The notes beneath the pieces were generated by a model. It did not search any database, was not told where the DNA came from, and saw nothing but the letters and a program-made list of their open reading frames with translations. A program made the translations under genes and the position numbers. Below, in pieces: positions 10,553 through 18,083 of a DNA stretch of 25,229 nt. Location of the stretch: positions 1 to 25,229 of the forward strand of contig JBNMNB010000103.1 of NCBI GenBank assembly GCA_051270635.1, written 5' to 3'. Source of the stretch: Verrucomicrobiales bacterium (GTDB taxonomy: Bacteria; Verrucomicrobiota; Verrucomicrobiia; Verrucomicrobiales; DEV007). Each line of letters begins with the position of its first letter. Within the stretch, counting starts at the first letter, position 1.

Positions 10553-12643
10553 TCACTTTTTAGTGACTGCATCGATGATTTCGCCAGCATTGGTTCCGGC
10601 CACGCCGAATCGTTCTGCTGCACCACGTAGTCCGCGTAGCTGCGCCGCATCGTCATCGCCAGCACTGCCGATCATTTGCCCCAGCAAGGCGGACACGGTC
10701 AGGTTTTTGAGATCCTCACTGGTGATGCCGAACTGATCGATCCAATTCGAGAACTGGGAACGAAAATAGTCAGGATCGCCGTTGAAGAACGTCTCTTTGA
10801 CATCCTGCAGGGCACGACTGTTGCCAATCATGCGATCAACCGATTTGCCCGTAGAAATGGCACCGGTGATCTTATCGAAGAATGCGATGTCGCCACCGAC
10901 AATGTCGATTTTCGCCGTGCGCAGGGCTTCGCCCACCACACTTGCCTGCTCGGCCGCGATGTCGCGATGCACATTGATCTGTGCCAGATCGACCTGCTTC
11001 TCTTTGTCGAGACGCAGTTTGAATTCTTCGTGCGACTGACCAGCTTCGTTAAAGAGCTTCATCGCTGCTGCTTTCTTGTCGATGCCTTCTGCCTCGGCCA
11101 TTGCCTTGAGACGTGCGACTTCCGCTTCGATCGAACCCTGCTTCTCGGCAGCCTCGGCCTTAGCGATCATTACCTGGGCTTCACCCAAACCAATGGCGGC
11201 TGATTCTGCAGCGACACCTTCAGCGAGCGACTTCTTCGCAGCGGCCTGCTTGGTAGAGGCTTCCTGCTCGGCTTCGGAAGCAATGAGGATTTCTTCAGCA
11301 TGCAGCTCAGCAGATTTTTTCGAAGCTTCAGCAGCTTTGACGCGCTCATAGAGCAACTGATCAGCGTGCAATTGAGCAGCTTCCTTGTCGGCTTCCGCTT
11401 GTTTGAGCACTTTCACCAGCACTTCCTGTGCATCCTTTTCGGCAAGGGTTATCGCGACCTGCTTCTCACGGTCGGCACCTGCGAACGCTTCCGTATCGAG
11501 GATTTTCTGCTGCTCGATCACCACTGTCTTCTCGACTGCGACACGTTCTTTGATGACGTCCTGAATGTTCTTCTTCTCGATCTCGACTGCTTTATCTCGC
11601 TCGATCCCTTTCAGCGATGTCAAGCGATCGCGCTCGATCACCTCCAGCATGCGATCGCGCTCGACCCGCTCAAGCTCGACCGCATCAGTGCGATCTTTGT
11701 TGCGCTCAGCGACCAGCACTTGACGGAATTTATTCTGCTCGGCGACTTCGATTTCTTCCTCAGCAGCAATGCGTGCCTGCTCAGATCTCTGACGCTGTTC
11801 CTGGCGAACTTTTTCGGCCTCGGCCTGCTCGCGTGACTGCACGGTTTCGATTTCACGGCGCTGTTTCGCTTCTGCTTCAGCCAGTTGCCGCTCCAATTCG
11901 AGTATCGCTTCCCTTGTCTCTACGTCTTGTTGTTTGATCACGCGTTCCTTGTCTCGCTGAATCTGGTTCGCCAACTTGGCCTGTGCTGCCGTGCGGTCAG
12001 TGATCTTCTTAATACCTTCTGCATCGAGAATATTGTCAGGATCCAGGGAATCGAGCGGTGTTTGCTCCAGGTGGTCGATCGAGGCATCGTCGAGAATGAA
12101 TCCGTTCAAGTTGGTGCCAATGATCTTGATGATCTCGTCGCGGAAGGTGTCGCGCTCGTCGTAAAGTTCAACGAATTCGAATCGTTTACCGACAGTCTTC
12201 AGGGCCTCGGAAAATTTGGCATCGAACAAGGCTTGAATCTCCTTCTCGTTGGATGCGCGGTCACAGCCGATCAATTGGGCCACATGCTCGACGTCCTTGG
12301 CTGTTTTATTAACTCGCACGAAGAAGACGACCTTGATATCGGCTCGCATGTTATCTTTACAGATCAGTCCATTGTTGGCGCTGCGATCGATGATGATGCG
12401 CTTGACGGAGATGTCCATGATCTCAACACGGTGAATGATTGGAAAAACGAACATGCCGGAGAAATTGACACGCGTTCCTCCCATTCCATTTCTGATGAGC
12501 GCACGCCCTTGATCGACCTTGCGCCAGCAGCGCATTGCGATCACCGCAATGAAAAGGACAAAACCAATCAAGAGCGGGATCAGAAACATTCCCAATCCCT
12601 TAAAGAGTTCTGTCCCTGCTTGTGCCAACAATGATTCATTCAT
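10553..12643 (-). CDS. Flotillin-like SPFH/Band-7 protein (YqiK/FloT-like) with extended EA-rich coiled coil
   Basis: The protein has an N-terminal TM helix (FLIPLLIGFVLFIAVIAM) and an SPFH domain (ICKDNMRADIKVVFFVRV...). It then has a long charged coiled coil with flotillin-type EA repeats (AEAEAKQRREIETVQSREQAEAEKVRQEQRQR...; KAEAAEKQGSIEAEVARLKAMAEAEG). At 696 aa it is longer than E. coli YqiK or B. subtilis FloT. Confidence 0.9.
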   Translation of the reverse strand: MNESLLAQAGTELFKGLGMFLIPLLIGFVLFIAVIAMRCWRKVDQGRALIRNGMGGTRVNFSGMFVFPIIHRVEIMDISVKRIIIDRSANNGLICKDNMRADIKVVFFVRVNKTAKDVEHVAQLIGCDRASNEKEIQALFDAKFSEALKTVGKRFEFVELYDERDTFRDEIIKIIGTNLNGFILDDASIDHLEQTPLDSLDPDNILDAEGIKKITDRTAAQAKLANQIQRDKERVIKQQDVETREAILELERQLAEAEAKQRREIETVQSREQAEAEKVRQEQRQRSEQARIAAEEEIEVAEQNKFRQVLVAERNKDRTDAVELERVERDRMLEVIERDRLTSLKGIERDKAVEIEKKNIQDVIKERVAVEKTVVIEQQKILDTEAFAGADREKQVAITLAEKDAQEVLVKVLKQAEADKEAAQLHADQLLYERVKAAEASKKSAELHAEEILIASEAEQEASTKQAAAKKSLAEGVAAESAAIGLGEAQVMIAKAEAAEKQGSIEAEVARLKAMAEAEGIDKKAAAMKLFNEAGQSHEEFKLRLDKEKQVDLAQINVHRDIAAEQASVVGEALRTAKIDIVGGDIAFFDKITGAISTGKSVDRMIGNSRALQDVKETFFNGDPDYFRSQFSNWIDQFGITSEDLKNLTVSALLGQMIGSAGDDDAAQLRGLRGAAERFGVAGTNAGEIIDAVTKK

Positions 12644-12694
12644 GATAGTTTCGATATGACCGTCTTCCGATGGTGTGGGTTAGTGGTAGTTGTT

Positions 12695-13336
12695 TTAAAG
12701 TGCTCGGACGAAATAGGCGCCGGTCTTTTCGTCTTCATCAATGACGAGACACTCGTCACCTTTCTTGAGCCGTGCATTGCCTTCGCGAACTCGGACATTG
12801 ATGAGTAGGGGAGCCCCGCGCATTTCGATTTCCACTTGCCCCAGGTCCGTGGAAACACTGCCGCTGCGGACGATGCCGGTGCGGCCAATGATGGGTTCTT
12901 GAGTTTCTTTGTCCGCGTCTTTCATTTTCTGCAAGACTCTGGCCATGGGCGCAGTGACCGCCTTGGCGATGAATAAGCTCAATACGAAACTGGCAAAGCC
13001 GACCAGCACCGCAGCGACAACACTGCCAGCTCCAGTGAAGAAGAAATTTCCAACAATTGACAGAACCCACATGCTGATAGCCATGATGCTGATCACGATC
13101 ATAACGGGCACTTGGTCAACGTTCACAAATCTCAACAAGGCCGCGAAAATGCTTCCGCCGCCGTGGCCGGAGAGGTCCCCATCTGCATCGATTTCCGTGT
13201 CGGCATCCAGATCGAATTCAAATCCATCACCGAAAACTCCGATACTGGCGACGATCCAGTAGATGACTACCAAGCATAGCAACACCGTCATCGGCAGATT
13301 ATACCAGGCAGTTGCTTCGTGGAATAGTTCAGTCAT
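12695..13336 (-). CDS. NfeD-like / YqiJ-like (DUF1449) inner-membrane protein with C-terminal OB-fold; the flotillin partner protein
   Basis: The layout matches YqiJ: an N-terminal TM helix, an acidic D/H-rich loop (FDLDADTEIDADGDLSGHGGGS), two more TM helices, and a C-terminal beta-rich OB-like segment (GRTGIVRSGSVSTDLGQVEIEMRGAPLLINVRVREGNARLKKGDECLV). It is immediately upstream of the flotillin gene on the same strand, 51 nt away. Confidence 0.7.
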   Translation of the reverse strand: MTELFHEATAWYNLPMTVLLCLVVIYWIVASIGVFGDGFEFDLDADTEIDADGDLSGHGGGSIFAALLRFVNVDQVPVMIVISIMAISMWVLSIVGNFFFTGAGSVVAAVLVGFASFVLSLFIAKAVTAPMARVLQKMKDADKETQEPIIGRTGIVRSGSVSTDLGQVEIEMRGAPLLINVRVREGNARLKKGDECLVIDEDEKTGAYFVRAL

Positions 13337-13514
13337 GTTTAAATTCTGGGAATGATCGCTGCCAACTCGCTACGATTGAGAGATACTTCCGTAATTGAGC
13401 GTAGCTTACACATTCGCACCAGTGAGGCCATTATAATAGGTTAGATGCTTTGTACCGAGTAGACACGATTTTTCGATACCCAAGGCGAAGAATAATGGCT
13501 AAGGTCGACCACAG
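13337..13514. promoter_or_regulatory. Divergent intergenic region between the cassette and the HTH gene. It holds a palindromic ATTATAAT -10-like element and an inverted/direct repeat motif.
   Basis: TATAAT can be read on both strands at about 13430-13437. At about 13357-13406 the motif cGCTACG-ATTGAG-N13-ATTGAG-CGTAGC is visible: a 6-bp inverted repeat flanking a direct repeat. Position is consistent with promoters for both the nfeD-like gene (minus strand) and the HTH gene (plus strand). Confidence 0.35.
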
Positions 13515-14000
13515 ATGAGCGAATCCCACGAAGTATTAAAAGAGGCGTTTGAGAAAACCAGTCCTAAGGAAATTGCCGCTGAGTTGGCTGTTTCTTTATC
13601 GCTTGTCTATAAATGGGCACAGCCGAACACGGAATTGGGGAGCGGATCTCGTAATCCGCTCGATCGTGTGCATGAGCTGATGCGCTTGACCCAGGATCCG
13701 CACATCATCCAGTGGCTGTGTCAGCAGGCAGGCGGGTACTTTGTGCGAAACCCTGAAAGCAACTGCAAAGAAGGTTTCGAGGTCGTGCCGGCGACCAATG
13801 AGATCGTCCAGCAGTTCGCCGATCTCCTTTCGATCATCACCAAGGCATCACTGGATAATACGATTACGCCCGCCGAATCGGCACAGATCCGCAAATGCTG
13901 GGATGAGCTCAAGGCCTATACCGAAGGATTTGTCACTTGCTGTGAAGAGGGCGATTTTGAGAATATCGACCTGAAGCGGGCAGCGCACTCCTCCAGTTGA
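13515..14000 (+). CDS. Small helix-turn-helix DNA-binding regulatory protein (phage CII-like style HTH), transcribed divergently from the cassette
   Basis: The protein is 161 aa. The HTH-like segment is PKEIAAELAVSLSLVYKWAQP. The C-terminal part is acidic and Cys-containing (CWDELKAYTEGFVTCCEEGDFE). I cannot assign a family confidently. Confidence 0.55.
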   Translation: MSESHEVLKEAFEKTSPKEIAAELAVSLSLVYKWAQPNTELGSGSRNPLDRVHELMRLTQDPHIIQWLCQQAGGYFVRNPESNCKEGFEVVPATNEIVQQFADLLSIITKASLDNTITPAESAQIRKCWDELKAYTEGFVTCCEEGDFENIDLKRAAHSSS

Positions 14001-14020
14001 ACAGGCAAGGGGTTGTCTGG

Positions 14021-14830
14021 CTAAGCAGACAGCTCGCTGTTTTCGGTCATCCAGTCCTTCAACAAAGGAAGGGCATCAAGCAACTCAGCGCGCAGAACAT
14101 CGCGTAGTTCCTGGCTCAGGATATCGCGAGAATCAGTATTCGCAGGCGTCTGCTCGAGCTGGATACGCAATCCAAGAACGACGGGTGATCTTCCAGCGCG
14201 AGTCAAAGCTTCGCTTATTTCATCCTTGTGCGGCTCTAACAGGCGCTTTGGCACTTTAAAGATTCGCGCAACTTGCACGTAGGCTTCCGCCACTTTTCCT
14301 AAAGGGACATGCAGCCCAGCTTCAATGAGGTGCTCAAGAAATGGACGCACTTGAGTGTCTTGCTCAAACATGGCATCATGCAGTGCGCGTTGGTAGCGTT
14401 GACCAGCTTTCCGGTAAGCTTCCCGTGCTTCCACCACTTTATCGTTAGACCATACTTGGCGCAGTGCGCGACGCAGTTGGCGTTGCTCGGCCATGGAAAG
14501 CTTATCCAGCTCGGTGCGCAGGACTTCCCGCCGCCGGGCTAGTGAACTGGTGGTCGTGGACTGAGCCTCGATCTGAGAAGCGCCGGGCAGTTCGCTGTAT
14601 TCGGGCAAGCCGCCCAGTTCAGGAACGCTGGAAAGATCTGGCATATCATTGCCACCTGGCATGTCGCCTGGCATATCGGGCATTCCTGAGCCGAATGGCG
14701 GAGGCATGCTGTCGTCCAGCGGGTTCTGAGCATAGGCCAAAGTCAGACATCCGCCTGCTGCTAAAGTCAGCAGGGCAAGCGGCAATGGCAGACGGGGAGT
14801 GGAGGAAAGGAGTGGAATCCAGAGTTGCAC
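14021..14830 (-). CDS. Putative periplasmic protein with Met/Pro-rich linker and LTxxQ-like (Spy/CpxP-style) helical C-terminal region
   Basis: The ORF is open to 14986, but a signal-peptide-like segment (LPLPLALLTLAAGGCLTLAYA-QNP) appears only about 55 codons in. The longer version would overlap the SD-supported start of the divergent gene at 14932. I therefore propose the GTG start at 14830 (VQLWIPLL...), with the start remaining uncertain. Motifs include MPDMPGDMPGGNDMPD and LSMAEQRQLRRALRQ. Confidence 0.45.
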   Translation of the reverse strand: MQLWIPLLSSTPRLPLPLALLTLAAGGCLTLAYAQNPLDDSMPPPFGSGMPDMPGDMPGGNDMPDLSSVPELGGLPEYSELPGASQIEAQSTTTSSLARRREVLRTELDKLSMAEQRQLRRALRQVWSNDKVVEAREAYRKAGQRYQRALHDAMFEQDTQVRPFLEHLIEAGLHVPLGKVAEAYVQVARIFKVPKRLLEPHKDEISEALTRAGRSPVVLGLRIQLEQTPANTDSRDILSQELRDVLRAELLDALPLLKDWMTENSELSA

Positions 14831-14931
14831 ACGGGATAGAACCACAGGATTGCGAAACTGTCGCGGTCGATCTGAATTTGGTTGAATCTTGCGTTCAACG
14901 TCCACTAAGGCTAGGGGAGGGATACCTACAT

Positions 14932-15768
14932 ATGTCAGATTCAAATGTGCCAGCCGACTTGAGTCAGGACGACTCACCAGAATCACCTGCCGAAACCTTC
15001 GGCAGCAGTGCTGAAGTGAAGGCGGATTCCTCGCCGCCAGCCAAGAAGTCGAAAGAGAATCCGTTGATGAACATTTTGATCAATGTTCTGATTCCTGTAG
15101 TGGCACTCAGTGCTTTAAGTAAGGACGGTGGTAAACCTTGGCACATTGGCCCGCTGTGGGGGATGATCGTAGCCGTCACATTTCCAGTGGTTTATGGAAT
15201 CTGGGACTTGATTCGCAGTCGCAAAGTCAACTTCTTCTCGGTAGTTGGGATCATCGGAGTTCTGTTGACTGGAGGAATCACGCTTTATGTATGGAACGCT
15301 GACGGGACTGTGAAAGAGAGTGCGGCTTTCCTTTTTGCCATAAAAGAGGCGACGATCCCGATTGTGTTCGGAATCCTCATCTTGGGTTCGCACTTCACCG
15401 GCAAGCCCCTGATGCGGTTGTTTCTATACAATCCTGATTTGTTTGACGTCGGCAGGATTGAGAAGGCGATTGCCAAGCGCAATGAGGAGACCGACTATCA
15501 AAAGGCGCTGTTGAAAACGACCTTCATCATGGCTGGATCATTTTTCTTGAGCGCCTGTTTGAACTACGGGCTGGCGATGTATTTCTTGAAAGGAGCAGAT
15601 AGTACCAAAGAAGCATACAATGCCGCGATTGCAAAACTGACCGGCTGGGGATATCTGGTCATCGGCCTTCCCTGCATGATCATTTGGTTTATTGCCGGCT
15701 GGTTACTGGTGCGTCAGTTGAGGAAGCTGACCGGCCTGGAGTTTGAAGATCTGACTGTTCCTCGCTGA
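14932..15768 (+). CDS. Multi-pass inner-membrane protein (about 6-7 TM), family unassigned
   Basis: ATG 14932 is preceded by GGAGG 12 nt upstream. The acidic N-terminus is followed by several hydrophobic helices (ILINVLIPVVALSAL; IGPLWGMIVAVTFPVVYGIW; FFSVVGIIGVLLTGGITLYVW; ...). The upstream part of the ORF (14464-14931) is antisense to the neighbouring gene and is treated as non-coding. Confidence 0.6.
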   Translation: MSDSNVPADLSQDDSPESPAETFGSSAEVKADSSPPAKKSKENPLMNILINVLIPVVALSALSKDGGKPWHIGPLWGMIVAVTFPVVYGIWDLIRSRKVNFFSVVGIIGVLLTGGITLYVWNADGTVKESAAFLFAIKEATIPIVFGILILGSHFTGKPLMRLFLYNPDLFDVGRIEKAIAKRNEETDYQKALLKTTFIMAGSFFLSACLNYGLAMYFLKGADSTKEAYNAAIAKLTGWGYLVIGLPCMIIWFIAGWLLVRQLRKLTGLEFEDLTVPR

Positions 15769-15797
15769 GTTTCCTAAATTAAATGGGAGTGCCAATA

Positions 15798-17984
15798 ATG
15801 AAGCCCTACCGCATCGGAGTCTCGTTCATTGCAGGGCTTGCTCTTTGGACATTATCGGTGCTTCAGGCAATAGGGGATGAGACCCATTACCGTGTCGAGG
15901 GCATGGCCAGTTCCAGCGCCGCGCAGCTTGAAGCCGTGCGCCTTCTGGTGCCGTGGGTTTCCGTTTCGACCACTACTGGGCAAATGCAGGCGCGGGTCGT
16001 TTTTCGCAATGTCAGTCGAACTCCAGCGCAGCCCTTTGGACTAATGGGCAAGGACGATTATCAGCTGTTATTGGGCAATGGAAAACGGCTGTCGTCGTCG
16101 TCGAGTTCTGATTCGCTGGCGATTGTCATTCCTGCCGAAGGCCTCGCTCCAACGCAATCGAATAGCGGAGTGCTCACTTTTGACCTGCCTGCTGAGGTGA
16201 CGAAATTCGGTGACTCGGCTTCGCTCCAGGTATCGCGGTTTCAGCCGGTTGCTGTCCAGTTGGTGCCTGGTCGGGTTTTTTCACCTCCGCCGCTGGGAGT
16301 GCAACTACCAGTGCAGCAGGTGCTGCGCAGCTCGCACGATTCGATGTCGCTGGTCGCATTGGAAGTCGATTCCGCGATGATCACTGCTGAGGGAAAATTG
16401 GTGCTGTCGATAGGCTTTCGCAATGTTGGTCGCGCCAATCTGAATGTCAGCACACGTCTCTCTGGCAAGGATGCACGTCTGGCCGACGGTGAGCTGAATG
16501 TGCACGCGCCCGATGCCATTTCTCCCGCACTGACGACCAGTATCATTCCCGGCACTGGCGTCTTGGAGGCCGGGACACCGCATAGTGGAACAGTCAGATT
16601 TTCGATTTCACATCCCGTCGCAGCTGAGCAGTGGCAATTTTTTTATCCTGGCTATCAGCGCATGGGAGCACAGTGGAATGCGCAGAAGAACCGCTTTTTG
16701 GTGAAGGTGTTAGACGATCCTGCTGTTCCCCCTGTCAATGCGTCGGGAGCCGGCGGTGAACTTGCTGCCGATGAACGGCGATTCAGAAAAATTGATGCTC
16801 TACTGGGACGTCTGAACAAGAATATCGCAGCTGGAAATACTAGCGCTTACCTTGCTGCACTGCCGCCTCACCTGCGGGAATCGCATGCTCGCCTACTGCG
16901 TGAGCATATCCGAGTGGGCGCGCGTGACCTTGAGTATCGACTTCCTCCGCTGCAAAAGTTCCAGCCTTCTTCCGATGGGGTGGTTCGAAACGTCCAGCTC
17001 TCGCTACGCTATCAACTGAATGACGGAGCGCAGAATAGGCCGATGGTGGCCTCAGCCGTAGCCAGCTTTGCCGGAGACAGGGGGCAATGGAGGATGGTCG
17101 ATTGTCGTTTTGTAAGAGCTGCACCATTCTGGTTGCTCGGCTACGTCGACGTCCATAAGACAGACCATTTTACGATATTTTACCGCGCAGGCACCGCGTC
17201 CGCAGATCGCATTGGCAAGGCTGGACGCCAACTTGAGAAAGCATTCCGCAATCTGAAGCGTAAAGGGCTCCCGGTCGAAGATCGCAGCCTTGCCATTTTT
17301 CTCGATAAGCCCGAGGATTTTACGACGGTCGCGGGAATGGATGCCGATCGATTCGATGGCGCGGCCATGCTGCATTATGAAAATGTCGACGGTACTTTTG
17401 AAGTGCGGAATCGCGTGATCTACATCAATGACGCACGCTTTGTTACGGGGCAACGCCTGTGGGGAATGCAGGACAGGCAGGCAACGATCACTCATGAACT
17501 AGTGCACCTTTACTTGAGCAAAGTGACCCGGCCGTGGATTCCCTCCTGGGTCACCGAGGGCGTAGCGGTTCATTTTGCCGGACAACACAATTCGTGGTCA
17601 CGCCGAGCACTGCGCAAGAATCCCTACTTCGAAAAATTGACGCTGACAGAATTAAGCAAGCAGCACACGCTATCGGAAGGAAGTGCCGACGCGAATGCCA
17701 CGCAAGCAGGATATCTATTGTCAGGAGAAGCCTTTGCGATTCTCGACAAGAAAGGCAAACAACGGAAGCTACTCGAATTCTATCGCAGTTACGCCGGATT
17801 TACATTCGAGAGTATCCGCGCAGCACTATCTTCTCAAGGTGCGAAGTTGCCTGCTGGACAGGCTCCCAGTATCGCAACTGCCGGCCCAGTCCTGACAGAC
17901 ATCCTTCTGCTACAACACTTCGGTACCGACATCAAGACTCTTGACTCTGAAGTCAAGGCATCGGCTCGTAAGCGTGGATTCTAG
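15798..17984 (+). CDS. Secreted protein with HExxH zinc-metallopeptidase motif (DUF1570-like)
   Basis: The signal peptide is MKPYRIGVSFIAGLALWTLSVLQA. A GGGAG ribosome-binding site lies 8 nt before ATG 15798; the alternative ATG is 15783. QATITHELVHLYL contains HExxH, with a downstream EGVAVHF glutamate. Otherwise the protein is of unknown function. Confidence 0.65.
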   Translation: MKPYRIGVSFIAGLALWTLSVLQAIGDETHYRVEGMASSSAAQLEAVRLLVPWVSVSTTTGQMQARVVFRNVSRTPAQPFGLMGKDDYQLLLGNGKRLSSSSSSDSLAIVIPAEGLAPTQSNSGVLTFDLPAEVTKFGDSASLQVSRFQPVAVQLVPGRVFSPPPLGVQLPVQQVLRSSHDSMSLVALEVDSAMITAEGKLVLSIGFRNVGRANLNVSTRLSGKDARLADGELNVHAPDAISPALTTSIIPGTGVLEAGTPHSGTVRFSISHPVAAEQWQFFYPGYQRMGAQWNAQKNRFLVKVLDDPAVPPVNASGAGGELAADERRFRKIDALLGRLNKNIAAGNTSAYLAALPPHLRESHARLLREHIRVGARDLEYRLPPLQKFQPSSDGVVRNVQLSLRYQLNDGAQNRPMVASAVASFAGDRGQWRMVDCRFVRAAPFWLLGYVDVHKTDHFTIFYRAGTASADRIGKAGRQLEKAFRNLKRKGLPVEDRSLAIFLDKPEDFTTVAGMDADRFDGAAMLHYENVDGTFEVRNRVIYINDARFVTGQRLWGMQDRQATITHELVHLYLSKVTRPWIPSWVTEGVAVHFAGQHNSWSRRALRKNPYFEKLTLTELSKQHTLSEGSADANATQAGYLLSGEAFAILDKKGKQRKLLEFYRSYAGFTFESIRAALSSQGAKLPAGQAPSIATAGPVLTDILLLQHFGTDIKTLDSEVKASARKRGF

Positions 17985-18083
17985 TAGTTCGCCGCAAAGA
18001 ATTTCAGATTTCTTTTCACTAATCCGTATTGAAACCCGTGCGCCAACGCGCACATCATCAGCTCCGCGCGCTTTACCTTCACG

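Noticed and set aside
5599-12634. Numerous long plus-strand ORFs antisense to the giant ATPase and flotillin genes, for example 6118-6726, 7711-8376, 9352-9732, 10676-11203, 11300-11836 and 11885-12634
   Set aside because: These are shadow ORFs in antisense frames of GC-biased coding sequence. Their translations are low-complexity (Leu/Arg/Asp-rich) with no motifs, whereas the minus-strand products have clear domain signatures.
14010-14035. Short hairpin TGTCTG-GCTAAG-CAGACA at the junction of the convergent HTH gene and the periplasmic-protein gene
   Set aside because: It is only a 6-bp stem with no U-tract, and it overlaps a stop codon. It is too weak to call a terminator.
14464-14931. Long 5' extension of the plus-strand membrane-protein ORF overlapping the minus-strand gene
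   Set aside because: The extension is Arg/Ala/Trp-rich with no features. A GGAGG-supported ATG at 14932 begins the hydrophobic protein, and the overlap would put two genes fully antisense to each other.
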